64,000 nt of DNA. Source: Burkholderiales bacterium (lineage in GTDB: Bacteria > Pseudomonadota > Gammaproteobacteria > Burkholderiales > SG8-39). Both the position numbers and the translations under genes were made by a program. The notes beneath the pieces were generated by a model, which did no database searches, had not been told where the DNA came from, and saw nothing but the letters and a program-made list of their open reading frames with translations. Location of the stretch: positions 294-64,293 of the forward strand of contig DATHYT010000027.1 in NCBI GenBank assembly GCA_035459025.1, given 5' to 3'. This document shows, one piece after another, positions 52,622 through 62,099 of this stretch (position 1 is the stretch's first letter; every line of letters begins with the position of its first letter).

Positions 52622-54409
52622 ATGGCTGAGCATGGCTTTCTGTACCAGGCGCTGATCTATCTCGCCGCCGGCGTGATCGCGGTGCCGCTGTTCACGAAGC
52701 TGGGCCTCGGCTCGGTGCTCGGCTTCCTCGCCGCCGGCATGGTGATCGGCCCCTGGGGCCTGAAGCTCGTCTCGAAGCCCGAGGCGGTGCTGCATTTCGC
52801 CGAGTTCGGCGTGGTGCTGCTTCTCTTTCTCGTCGGGCTCGAGCTCAACCCGCAGCGCCTGTGGCAGATGCGCCGCCCGATCTTCGGCATGGGCGGGACG
52901 CAGGTCGTCGCCACCCTCCTGCTGGTGACCGCGATCGGCTGGGCGCTCGATCAGCCGCTCCCCATTGCGGTCGTCGCCGGCATGGGCTTCGCCATGTCCT
53001 CCACCGCGATCGCCCTTGCCACGCTGCAGGAGCGGCGCCTGCTCGGCACGCCCGGCGGGCAGGCCGGCTTCTCGGTGCTGCTGTTCCAGGACCTGGCCGT
53101 GATCCCGCTCGCGCTGCTGCTGGCGCTGCTCGCGCCGGGCGCGTCGAGCGGCGGCATGGACTGGATGGCCGCCGCGCGGGCGGGGGTGGTCATCGCGGCG
53201 CTCATCGCCGTCGGCCATTTCGGCCTGCGGCCGCTGCTGCGCGTGGTCGCCAACACCGGCCAGCGCGAGATCTTCATCGGCTTTGCGCTGCTCCTCGTGC
53301 TCGGCATCGCGGCGCTGATGGAGAGCCTCGGACTGTCGATGGCGCTCGGTTCGTTCCTCGCCGGCGTCATGCTGGCGGAGTCCGAATACCGCCACGAGCT
53401 CGAACTCGACATCGAGCCGTTCAAGGGGCTGCTGCTCGGCCTGTTCTTCATCGCCGTCGGCATGTCGATCGACCTGAACCTGTTCCTGCGCACGCCGCTT
53501 CTCATCCTCGGGCTCGCGCTCGGCGTCGTGGCGCTGAAGGCGCTGCTGCTCTACCCGATCGCGCGCTACTTCGGCTACTGCGCGCCGTCCGACGCGTTCG
53601 TGTTCGCGCTGAGCCTGTCGCAGGTGGGCGAGTTCGCGTTCGTGCTGTTCGCCGCCGCCGGCAGCATCCTGCCGCGCGAGACCTACAACGTGCTGAACGC
53701 CGTCGTGGCCGTGTCCATGGTGGCAACGCCGTTCCTCATGATCCTGTACGAGCGCGGGATCGCCCCGCGCCTCGCCCGCGGCGCCGAGCGCGAGGCCGAC
53801 GTGGTCGACGAGGCGCTTCCCGTGATCGTCGCCGGCTTCGGTCGCTTCGGCCAGGTGGTGACGCGCGTGCTGAACGGCCTCGGCGTGCACGCCACCCTCA
53901 TCGACCACGACCCGAACCAGATCGAGCTGGTGCGCCGCTTCGGCTCCAAGGCCTACTACGGCAACGCCACGCGCCTCGACGTGCTGGAGAAGGCGGGCGT
54001 GGCGCGCGCACGGCTGCTGGTGGTCGCGATCGACGACAACGTCGCCGCGCTGCGCCTGGTGCGCGAGGTGCGTAAGCGCTATCCCGGGCTCAAGGTCATC
54101 GCGCGCGCGCACGGCCGCAGCGACGCCTTCGAGTACCTCGACCTGGGCGTGCCGGCGGTGCGCGAGACGTTCGGCTCGGCGCTGGATGCCGCGGAGGCTG
54201 CGCTGCGCGCGCTCGACTTCGGCCCCATGGCGGCGCGGCGCATCGTGACGCGCTTCCGGCGCCACGACGAGGAGATACTCGCCGAGCAGGCACCGCATCG
54301 CGGCGAGATCAAGCAGCTGATCGCGATGCAGCAGCGCGGCCGCGACGACCTCGAGCGGCTGCTGCGCACCGAGACCGAGGCCGTCGCGCGCAAGCCTAGC
54401 GCCGGTTGA
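52622..54409 (+). CDS. Monovalent cation:proton antiporter-2 (CPA2) K+ efflux protein, KefB/KefC-like, with an RCK/TrkA-N domain
   Basis: Internal ATG (aa 14), giving MAEHGFLYQALIYLAAGVIAVPLF. About 12 TM helices. Rossmann motif VIVAGFGRFGQVV. Confidence 0.88.
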   Translation: MAEHGFLYQALIYLAAGVIAVPLFTKLGLGSVLGFLAAGMVIGPWGLKLVSKPEAVLHFAEFGVVLLLFLVGLELNPQRLWQMRRPIFGMGGTQVVATLLLVTAIGWALDQPLPIAVVAGMGFAMSSTAIALATLQERRLLGTPGGQAGFSVLLFQDLAVIPLALLLALLAPGASSGGMDWMAAARAGVVIAALIAVGHFGLRPLLRVVANTGQREIFIGFALLLVLGIAALMESLGLSMALGSFLAGVMLAESEYRHELELDIEPFKGLLLGLFFIAVGMSIDLNLFLRTPLLILGLALGVVALKALLLYPIARYFGYCAPSDAFVFALSLSQVGEFAFVLFAAAGSILPRETYNVLNAVVAVSMVATPFLMILYERGIAPRLARGAEREADVVDEALPVIVAGFGRFGQVVTRVLNGLGVHATLIDHDPNQIELVRRFGSKAYYGNATRLDVLEKAGVARARLLVVAIDDNVAALRLVREVRKRYPGLKVIARAHGRSDAFEYLDLGVPAVRETFGSALDAAEAALRALDFGPMAARRIVTRFRRHDEEILAEQAPHRGEIKQLIAMQQRGRDDLERLLRTETEAVARKPSAG

Positions 54410-55280
54410 CCAGCACGATGCCGGCGCCGACGAGCAGCGCCGCGGCGGCGAAGGTCGGCGTGAGCCGTTCGCCGAGCACGGCCACCCCGGCAAGCACGCC
54501 GAACAGCGGCGTCATGAACGAGAACACCGCCAGCCGCCCCGCCAGGTAGCGGGTGAGCAGCCAGAACCACGCAAGGTAGCTGGCAAAGGCGACGATCGCA
54601 CCCTGATACGCGAGGCTCGCGAGCGCGAAGGGCGAGAGCGCGACGACGCCGGGCTCGCCGAGCAGCAGCGAAGCGCCGAACAGCAACGGCACGGCCACCG
54701 CAAGCTGGTAGAACAGCGTCTTCGCCGCCGTGGCGCGGGAAAGCGAGGTGGTGCGGATCAGCACCGTCGTCGCCCCCCACAGCACGGCGGCCACCACGCC
54801 GCAGGCGTCCCCAAGAAGCGTCGCGCCCTGCGCAGCGCTGAAGCCGTCACCAAAGGCGAGCGCCACGCCGCCGAAAGCGAGCGCCACGCCCACCCATTGC
54901 GTACGCACGAGGTGCTCGCCGGGCACCCACCAGTGCACGCCGAGGGCGGTGACGATGGGCGCGAGGTAGATGAACACCACCATGCGCGAGGCCGCGGTGT
55001 ACTCGAGGCCGGCGTAGATGAAGACGAACTCGCCGCCGAACAGCAACCCGGCGCCGATACCGGCCGCCAGCGTGCCGTCGCGGGAAAACAGCGGAATGGC
55101 GCGCCAGCGCGCCCAGGCGAGGAGCAGCGCCGCGGCGAGAAGCGTTCGCAGCGCCGCCTGCATCACGAGGGACACGTCCGGCGCCGTCAGCTTGATCGCC
55201 ACCTGCTGGAATCCCCACAATGCCGTGAGCAGCACCATGAGGAAAAACGCCTGTGCATCCAAAGGCTTGCGGTGATCCAT
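54396..55280 (-). CDS. DMT-superfamily (EamA) transporter
   Basis: 10 predicted TM helices in two EamA repeats. The 3' end overlaps the convergent kef gene by 14 nt. Confidence 0.85.
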   Translation of the reverse strand: MDHRKPLDAQAFFLMVLLTALWGFQQVAIKLTAPDVSLVMQAALRTLLAAALLLAWARWRAIPLFSRDGTLAAGIGAGLLFGGEFVFIYAGLEYTAASRMVVFIYLAPIVTALGVHWWVPGEHLVRTQWVGVALAFGGVALAFGDGFSAAQGATLLGDACGVVAAVLWGATTVLIRTTSLSRATAAKTLFYQLAVAVPLLFGASLLLGEPGVVALSPFALASLAYQGAIVAFASYLAWFWLLTRYLAGRLAVFSFMTPLFGVLAGVAVLGERLTPTFAAAALLVGAGIVLVNRR

Positions 55281-55387
55281 GGAAATTAGCTATGGCCTAT
55301 GGGCGCGATGCGGACAAGTCATTGGATCGGGTGGCAAAGCGCCCGTAGAGTCGTAGCCTTAGTCAATCACTAACGAGGACTTGATAG

Positions 55388-56125
55388 ATGTTTCCCAACC
55401 GCGAAGGACAGAGGGTACCCCAGGTTGCTTTCCGCGCGCGCGCCAACGGCGAGTGGCAAACCGTGACCACCGACGAGATCTTCAAGGGCCGCACGGTGGT
55501 CGTGTTCTCGCTGCCGGGCGCCTTCACCCCGACCTGCTCGTCCACGCACCTGCCGCGCTACAACGAGCTCGCGCCCGCCTTCCGCGCCAGTGGCGTGGAC
55601 GATATCGTGTGCGTGTCCGTGAACGACGGCTTCGTGATGAGCGAGTGGGCGAAGGACCAGGAAGCCGCCAACGTGCGGCTGATCCCCGACGGCAACGGCG
55701 AATTCACTGAAAAGATGGGCATGCTCGTCGACAAGGCCGACCTCGGCTTCGGCAAGCGCTCCTGGCGCTATTCGATGCTGGTGAGGGACGGCGTGATCGA
55801 GAAGATGTTCGTCGAGCCGCAGAAGCCGGGCGACCCGTTCGAAGTGTCCGACGCCGACACGATGCTCGCCTACATCAATCCGTCGGCGAAAAAGCCCGAC
55901 CAGGTGGCGATCCTCACGCGCGAGGGCTGCGGCTTCTGCGCGAAGGCGAAGGCGCTGCTCACCGAGATGGGCTACGACTACGCCGAGATCCCGCTCGACC
56001 ACAAGGTGCGCACGCGGGTGGTGGGCGCGATCTCCGGCGCTCAGACGGTGCCGCAGGTGTTCATCAACGGCGTGAGGATCGGCGGCTGGGACACCCTCGA
56101 GCAGTGGGCGAAGAAGGCGGCGTAA
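55388..56125 (+). CDS. Hybrid peroxiredoxin (Prx5-type) fused to glutaredoxin
   Basis: Prx5 motif [12 protein letters not shown]-terminal Grx motif [11 protein letters not shown]...TVPQVFI. SD GAGGA is present. Confidence 0.9.
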   Translation: MFPNREGQRVPQVAFRARANGEWQTVTTDEIFKGRTVVVFSLPGAFTPTCSSTHLPRYNELAPAFRASGVDDIVCVSVNDGFVMSEWAKDQEAANVRLIPDGNGEFTEKMGMLVDKADLGFGKRSWRYSMLVRDGVIEKMFVEPQKPGDPFEVSDADTMLAYINPSAKKPDQVAILTREGCGFCAKAKALLTEMGYDYAEIPLDHKVRTRVVGAISGAQTVPQVFINGVRIGGWDTLEQWAKKAA

Positions 56126-56920
56126 TCAGCGCCCCTTGAACGCGGGCGCGCGCTTCTCATTGAAGGCGCGCACGCCTTCCCTTCGGTCCTCCGTATCGAC
56201 GAGGCGGTTGTAAGCCTCGATCTCGAACCGATAGCCGGTGAGCAAATCCATCTGCAGCCCGTAGTGGATGGACTTCTTCGCCTGGCGCACCGCGATGGGC
56301 GCGTTCGCCGCGATCGCCTGCGCCGTCTCCAGGGCGTCCGCCAGGGTCTTCCCCGGCTCGCACACCTTGTTGACGAGCCCCCATTCGGCGCCCTGCTCCG
56401 CGGTGAAGGCACGCGCGGTCAGGATCAGCTCCTTCGCGCGGCGCTCGCCCACCGCGCGCGGCAGGTTCTGCGTGCCGCAGCCCCCCGGCATGATGCCCAG
56501 GCGCAGCTCCGACAACGCCAGCTTCGCCCCCCTGGCCGCGTAGATGAAATCGCAGCACAGGGCCGTCTCCAGCCCGCCGCCGTAGGCATGCCCGTTCACC
56601 GCGGCGATGATCGGCACCGGGCACTCCATCAGCGCGACGAACGCCTGCTCGAACTGCGCGTGCTGCGTGCGCCAGGTCTCGACCGACATGCCGTCGCGCT
56701 CCTTGAGGTCGGCGCCGGCGCAGAACGCGCGCTCGCCCGCGCCGGTGAGCACGATGCAGCGCAGTTCACCGGGGTCGGCGGCGAGGCCGTTGAACAGCTC
56801 GAGCCAGTCGCGCCCCATCTGCGTGCTGATCGCGTTCAGCACCTCGGGGCGGTTGAGCGTCACGACAAGGACGTGCGCGCCCTCCTCTTTCAGGGCCAGC
56901 GTGGCGTAGGTCGTTTTCAT
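56126..56920 (-). CDS. Enoyl-CoA hydratase/isomerase (crotonase) family protein
   Basis: Contains LTGAGERAFCAGADLKE and AAVNGHAYGGGLE. Confidence 0.88.
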   Translation of the reverse strand: MKTTYATLALKEEGAHVLVVTLNRPEVLNAISTQMGRDWLELFNGLAADPGELRCIVLTGAGERAFCAGADLKERDGMSVETWRTQHAQFEQAFVALMECPVPIIAAVNGHAYGGGLETALCCDFIYAARGAKLALSELRLGIMPGGCGTQNLPRAVGERRAKELILTARAFTAEQGAEWGLVNKVCEPGKTLADALETAQAIAANAPIAVRQAKKSIHYGLQMDLLTGYRFEIEAYNRLVDTEDRREGVRAFNEKRAPAFKGR

Positions 56921-57027
56921 CGGGGTCCTTGGTTGGAATCGGCGAAAGGGGCATCTATACCGTTCCTGTCCAACGCAGTCCAGCGGCGAACTGGCGTAAT
57001 CTTGGGCATGCGCAAGGTGCCTGTCTC

Positions 57028-58212
57028 ATGATCCGCTGCCTATTGCTTCCGCCGCTGCTCGCCCTGGCGGCTGCGGCCGCCGCGCACGAAGCGCCGGCGC
57101 CCGCGGCGCGCGCCGAGTGCGTGCCCGTGGCGGCGTGGGTCGCGCCGGGAGGCGAAAAGCTCGCTGCGCGCGACGTGCTGAGCCGGGCGGCCGAGGCGTC
57201 CGTGGTGCTGCTCGGCGAATCGCACGAAAGCGCGGAGCATCATCGCTGGCAGCTGCAGACCGTCGCCGCGCTGCACGCGCAGCGACCGGACCTGGTGCTT
57301 GGCGTCGAGGCCTTCCCGCGCCGGGTGCAGCCGGTGCTCGAGCGCTGGGTGGCCGGCGAGCTCTCGGAAAAGGAGTTCCTCGAGCGCTCCGACTGGCGCA
57401 GCGTGTGGCGCGTGGACGCCGAGCTCTACCTGCCGCTGTTTCATTTCGCGCGCATGCAGCGCATCCCGATGCTGGCGCTGAACGTGGAGCAGTCGCTGAC
57501 GCGGGAGATCACACGCAAGGGCTACGACGCGGTGCCCGCGGAGCGCCGCGAAGGCGTAGGGCGGCCCGCGCCGGCGAGCGAAGCCTACATCGACTGGTTG
57601 CTGCCGGTGTGGGGCGAGCACGAGCGGCCCGGCGGCAAGCCCGCCAAGCTGGAGCGCGACGACCCGGACTTTCGCCGCTTCGTGGAGAGCCAGACCACGT
57701 GGGACCGCGCGATGGCCGAGGCGCTTGCGGCGGCCGCGCGTCGCCCGGGCGCACCGCTGGTGATCGGCATCATGGGCACGGGGCATGTCGCCCACGGCTA
57801 CGGCGTGCCGCACCAGCTCAAGGCACTGGGCATCGCCAATCTCACGACGCTCCTGCCGTGGGATCGCGGCGCCGAGTGCAAGAACTTCGTCGCCGGGTTC
57901 GCCGACGCGGTCTTCGGCCTCGCCGAGCCGGCCGATGCGCGCGCGCAGGCGCGGCAGCGGCTCGGCGTCTACCTGGAGGCAGCGAGCGAGGGCGTGCGCA
58001 TCCTCAAGGTGGAAAAGGGCAGCCTCGCCGAGGCGGCGGGCGTGCGCGACGGCGACTTGCTCAGCGAGATCGCGGGCGTGACGCCCAAGCAGGTCGGCGA
58101 CGTGGTCGAGGTGGTGCAGCGCCAGGCGCCCGGCACCTGGCTGCCGCTCAAGGTGCGCCGCGGCGAGGCGACGCTCGAGCTGGTCGCCAAGTTCCCGCCG
58201 CGCGCCTCATGA
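57028..58212 (+). CDS. Secreted ChaN/TIKI-superfamily domain protein with a C-terminal PDZ domain
   Basis: Internal ATG (aa 34) followed by the signal peptide MIRCLLLPPLLALAAAAAA. TIKI/ChaN-type motifs are LLGESHES, GVEAFP, WDRAMAE and GTGHVAHG. The PDZ-like tail reads GVRILKVEKGSLAEAAGVRDGDLLSEIAG. Confidence 0.7.
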   Translation: MIRCLLLPPLLALAAAAAAHEAPAPAARAECVPVAAWVAPGGEKLAARDVLSRAAEASVVLLGESHESAEHHRWQLQTVAALHAQRPDLVLGVEAFPRRVQPVLERWVAGELSEKEFLERSDWRSVWRVDAELYLPLFHFARMQRIPMLALNVEQSLTREITRKGYDAVPAERREGVGRPAPASEAYIDWLLPVWGEHERPGGKPAKLERDDPDFRRFVESQTTWDRAMAEALAAAARRPGAPLVIGIMGTGHVAHGYGVPHQLKALGIANLTTLLPWDRGAECKNFVAGFADAVFGLAEPADARAQARQRLGVYLEAASEGVRILKVEKGSLAEAAGVRDGDLLSEIAGVTPKQVGDVVEVVQRQAPGTWLPLKVRRGEATLELVAKFPPRAS

Positions 58213-60200
58213 AGGCGCGCGCAAGGGCGCTCGCGCTGGCGCTCGCGGCGGCGCCGGCACTCGCGGGTGCCGCGCAGCTCGAGCTCGAGGCGGCGCTCGA
58301 TCCCGCGCACGGCACGCTGCGCGCGCGTGCCGTGCTCGTCGTCGGCCGCGCGGCCGCCGAAATCTCGCTCGCTGCGCGCTTCGCGGTGGATGCCGTCGCG
58401 CTCGACGGCCGGCGAGGCGAACTGGCCGGCACGCTGCGCGACGGCCTGCATGTGTGGCGCCTGCCGGCGGCGGACCGCGAGCGCCGTGTCGAGATCGCCT
58501 GGCACGGCGCGCTCGACCCGCTCGACGAGACGCTCTTGCACCGCGACACGCTCGGGCAGCCGCGGCCGGTCGCGGGCGCGCGCGGCAGCTTCCTGCCTGG
58601 CGCGGCACGGTGGCACCCGGCGCTCGGCGAGGCGCTCGAGGGTTACCGGGTGACGATCGAGGTTCCCGAGGGACAGCGCGCGCTGGTTGCCGGGCGCCTG
58701 CTCGAAGAGCGCGTGAGCGGCGCTCGCTACCGCGCGCGCTTCGAATACCCGCATCCGGCGCAGGATATCGACCTGATCGCCGGCCCCTACCGGATCGAGG
58801 ACCGCGCAGTGCGCACCGCGGCGGGCAGCGCGGTACGCCTGCGCACGTACTTTCACCCCGAGATCGCGCCGCTCGGCCCCGGCTACCTCGACGCGGTGCT
58901 CGGCTACCTCGATCGCTACGAGGCCTGGATTGGCGCGTATCCGCATACGGAGTTCAGCGTGGTCTCCAGCCCCACCCCGACGGGATTCGGCATGCCCAGC
59001 CTCACTTACCTCGGCATCGACGTGCTGCGCCTGCCCTTCATCCGCTTTACTTCGCTCGGCCACGAGGTGCTGCACAACTGGTGGGGCAACGGGGTGCACG
59101 TCGATCCTGCGCAGGGCAACTGGTCCGAGGGCCTGACGACCTTCATGGCCGACTACCGGTACCAGGAGGAGCGCAGCGAGCAGGCGGCGCGCGACCAGCG
59201 GCTTGCCTGGCTGCGCGACTTCGCCGCGCTGCCGCCGGGCGAGGACCGGCCGCTCGCGCAGTTCGTGGCGCGCCACCACGGCGCCTCGCAGATCGTCGGC
59301 TATCACAAGGCGGCGATGACGTTCTTCATGCTGCGCGAGCTGATCGGCGAGCCGGCGTTCGACGCGGGCATCCGCGAGTTCTGGCGCGCGCAGCGCTTCC
59401 GCGCGGCCTCCTGGGGCGACCTGCAGCGCGCGTTCGAGCAGACGGCGCAGCGCGATCTCGCGGCCTTCTTCGCGCAATGGCTCGAGCGCACGGGCGCCCC
59501 CGCACTGCGCCTCGTCGAGGCGCGCGCGGCGCAGGACGGCGCGTCCTGGCAGGTGACCGCGATGCTGGCGCAGGACGCGACGCCGTACCGCCTGCGCGTG
59601 CCGCTGGTGGCGCACACCGATCAAGGCGCGCACACGGAGCTCGTCGACCTGCGCAGCGCACGCGAGAGCGTCGCCTTTCGCACCACCGCCCGGCCAAGAG
59701 CGCTCGAGCTCGACCCCGAGCTGCGGCTTTTCAGGCGCCTCGCGCCCGGCGAGGCCCCGCCGATCCTGCGCCAGGCGATGCTCGACCCGGCAACCGCCGT
59801 GGTGCTGGTCTCCGGCGGGGACGCGGCGCGGGCCGCACGCGCGCTGGCGGGCCGCGTGCTCGAGCATGCTCCGCAGGTGCACCCGGCTACCGCGGAGCTC
59901 CCGGATGTGCCGGTGCTGGCAATCGGGCTTGCCGCGGAGGTCGACGCGTGGCTGGCGCAGCAGGGGCTCGCGCCGCGGCCGCCGGAGGTCGCGGCCAAGG
60001 GCAGCGCGCAGGCGTGGGCGGCGACGCGGCGCGATGGCCGCGCGCTGATGGTGGTGTCAGCCCGCGATGCCGCGGCGCTCGAAGCGCTCGCGCGCCCGCT
60101 GCCGCACTACGGCCGGCAGAGCTGGATCGCGTTCGAGGGCGCGAAGGCCGCCGCGCGCGGCGTCTGGCCCCGCGTGCCGCAGCGCGTCAGGCTGGACTAG
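58209..60200 (+). CDS. Secreted M1-family zinc metallopeptidase (gluzincin)
   Basis: ATG 58209 forms an ATGA overlap with the upstream stop. Signal peptide MKARARALALALAAAPALAGA. HEXXH-X18-E motif: HEVLHNWWGNGVHVDPAQGNWSEG. The GAMEN position reads GFGMPS. Confidence 0.85.
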   Translation: MKARARALALALAAAPALAGAAQLELEAALDPAHGTLRARAVLVVGRAAAEISLAARFAVDAVALDGRRGELAGTLRDGLHVWRLPAADRERRVEIAWHGALDPLDETLLHRDTLGQPRPVAGARGSFLPGAARWHPALGEALEGYRVTIEVPEGQRALVAGRLLEERVSGARYRARFEYPHPAQDIDLIAGPYRIEDRAVRTAAGSAVRLRTYFHPEIAPLGPGYLDAVLGYLDRYEAWIGAYPHTEFSVVSSPTPTGFGMPSLTYLGIDVLRLPFIRFTSLGHEVLHNWWGNGVHVDPAQGNWSEGLTTFMADYRYQEERSEQAARDQRLAWLRDFAALPPGEDRPLAQFVARHHGASQIVGYHKAAMTFFMLRELIGEPAFDAGIREFWRAQRFRAASWGDLQRAFEQTAQRDLAAFFAQWLERTGAPALRLVEARAAQDGASWQVTAMLAQDATPYRLRVPLVAHTDQGAHTELVDLRSARESVAFRTTARPRALELDPELRLFRRLAPGEAPPILRQAMLDPATAVVLVSGGDAARAARALAGRVLEHAPQVHPATAELPDVPVLAIGLAAEVDAWLAQQGLAPRPPEVAAKGSAQAWAATRRDGRALMVVSARDAAALEALARPLPHYGRQSWIAFEGAKAAARGVWPRVPQRVRLD

Positions 60201-60227
60201 CCGCGCCCGCGCGCGCCGCGATAAGCA

Positions 60228-60321
60228 TGGCGGAAGAGGCAGGAGTCGAACCCACCCGAGACGTCAGACGCCTCGCTCCGGATTTGAAGTCCGGGCGCCC
60301 CACCGGGGACGTTTCTCTTCC
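60228..60321 (-). tRNA. selC: tRNA-Sec (anticodon UCA)
   Basis: The reverse complement is GGAAGAGAAACGTCCCCGGTGGGGCGCCCGGACTTCAAATCCGGAGCGAGGCGTCTGACGTCTCGGGTGGGTTCGACTCCTGCCTCTTCCGCCA. It has a 6-bp D stem with a 4-nt loop, anticodon loop CTTCAAA, a 7-bp extra arm and an encoded CCA. It lies directly downstream of selA-selB. Confidence 0.9.
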
Positions 60322-62099
60322 AGGGAAATCTTGCGCGCGCGGCGCACATCGCCCGCGCGGCGCGTATAGCCCGAGCTGTCGAGGTACTCCAGCACCTCGA
60401 TGGTGAGATTGCGGCCGAGGCCGCAGCGGTCGCGGAACGTCGCCGCGCCAAAGCCGTGGTGCCCCGACTCCTCGTCCAGCGACGCCGCGAGATCGACCAG
60501 GCGCTCCACGGCGCGCGGCAGGAAATAGCGGTTGGGCGCGACGCGATGCACGCGTCCGGCGCGCGCCGCGCGCTGGAGAAAATCGGTCACGGCCTTCGGC
60601 TCCATCGCAAGTTGCGCCGCCAGCTCGTGCACGCGCGGCGGCTTCGTGCCATCGCCTTCGAGGAGCGGCGCGAACTTCTGCCACAGCGCTTCGTCCCGAG
60701 GCGAGAGCACCGGGCGATGACCCGGCAGGCGCAGGCTCGCGCCGTCCCGCACCAGGCGACCCGCGTCGACGAGAAAGTCGACCACGGCGACAAGCGGCGC
60801 GCCGGCTTCGGTGGGCCGCGGCCCGGCCGATTCCGGATGCGCGGCGTGCCACTCGCCTACGGCACGCTCCAGCGCGTTGCACTGCGCGTGCCAGCGCTCT
60901 TCGCGCATGACGTGGCGTACGCCGCGCACTTCGAAGTTGATCAGCCCCGCTGCGTCGCGAAACGGAACATGGAACGCCTTTTCGAACCATTCCACGTCCA
61001 GCATGCCGTCCGCGAGAAGCGCGTCGCGGACTTGCTCCGCGTTGAGGCCCGCGATTCGCTCGCGCCGCCCCGCGCCGCGTGCGGGCGGCAGCGGATCGAC
61101 GATCCTGCCGGCGCCGATGAGGCGCTGCGTGCCCGGGTCGCGCAGCAGCAGCCGGTCGTCCTGCCATGCGCTCACGCCGTGCGCAAAGGCGAGACGGGCG
61201 AAGCGCCCGAACGGCGACAGGCGCGCCTGGAGCATGGCCGTGCCCAGGTGCACGCCGACCGCTCTGGGACGCGCGACCGGCGCCCCGAACCACGCTACTT
61301 CGATGTCGAGAAGCTTCGACACGGGAACCGGCCCGGCGTCGGCGATCACGTCGCCGCGCCCGACTTCGTCCCGCGAGACGCCGTGCAGCGCAAGCGCGCA
61401 GCGCTGGCCTGCCCGCGCGCGCTCCGCCGCATCGCTATTCGCCCGGAGGCTGCGCACGCGCGCCTTGCGGCCCGCGGGCAGCACCTGCACGTCGTCCCCG
61501 GCGGCGATCGCGCCCGAAGCCACGGTGCCGGTGACGACGAGGCCGAGGCCGTCGATGACGAATGCACGGTCGACGTGCATGCGAAAGCGCTGTCCTGACT
61601 CGCGCGGCGCCATCTCCCTGGCCAGTTCCAGGAGCCGCCCGCGCACGAAGTCCACCCCCTCGCCGGTGGCGGACGAGACCTTCATGATTTCCGTATCGGG
61701 AAGAAGCTCGCGCAGTTCCGCTTCGGCTTCGAGCAGGCGCTCGGGCGCCACGCGATCGATCTTGGACAGCACCGCCAGCAGCCGCGGCGCGCCCAGGTGC
61801 TCGAGGATCGTGAGGTGCTCGCGCGTCTGCGGCATCACGCCGTCGTCGGCGGCGACGACGAGCAGCGCAAGATCGATCCCGGTGACGCCGGCGGTCATGT
61901 TGCGCACGAAGCGCTCGTGCCCCGGAACATCGATGAAGGCGATGGGCTCGCCGCCCGACTGCGGCAGGTACGCAAAGCCGAGGTCGATCGACATGCCGCG
62001 GCGCTTTTCCTCGGGCAGCCGGTCGGTGTCGACGCCCGTGAGCGCGCGCACCAGTGCGGTCTTGCCGTGATCGACGTGCCCGGCGGTGGCGACGATCAC
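60264..62099 (-). CDS. selB: Selenocysteine-specific translation elongation factor
   Basis: GTG start (aa 75 of ORF 60264..62321), forming a GTGA overlap with the selA stop. G1 motif VIVATAGHVDHGKTALV. C-terminal winged-helix region LEYLDSSGYTRRAGD. The 3' 58 nt overlap selC. Confidence 0.9.
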   Translation of the reverse strand: MIVATAGHVDHGKTALVRALTGVDTDRLPEEKRRGMSIDLGFAYLPQSGGEPIAFIDVPGHERFVRNMTAGVTGIDLALLVVAADDGVMPQTREHLTILEHLGAPRLLAVLSKIDRVAPERLLEAEAELRELLPDTEIMKVSSATGEGVDFVRGRLLELAREMAPRESGQRFRMHVDRAFVIDGLGLVVTGTVASGAIAAGDDVQVLPAGRKARVRSLRANSDAAERARAGQRCALALHGVSRDEVGRGDVIADAGPVPVSKLLDIEVAWFGAPVARPRAVGVHLGTAMLQARLSPFGRFARLAFAHGVSAWQDDRLLLRDPGTQRLIGAGRIVDPLPPARGAGRRERIAGLNAEQVRDALLADGMLDVEWFEKAFHVPFRDAAGLINFEVRGVRHVMREERWHAQCNALERAVGEWHAAHPESAGPRPTEAGAPLVAVVDFLVDAGRLVRDGASLRLPGHRPVLSPRDEALWQKFAPLLEGDGTKPPRVHELAAQLAMEPKAVTDFLQRAARAGRVHRVAPNRYFLPRAVERLVDLAASLDEESGHHGFGAATFRDRCGLGRNLTIEVLEYLDSSGYTRRAGDVRRARKISLEEKRPRWGARTSNPERGV

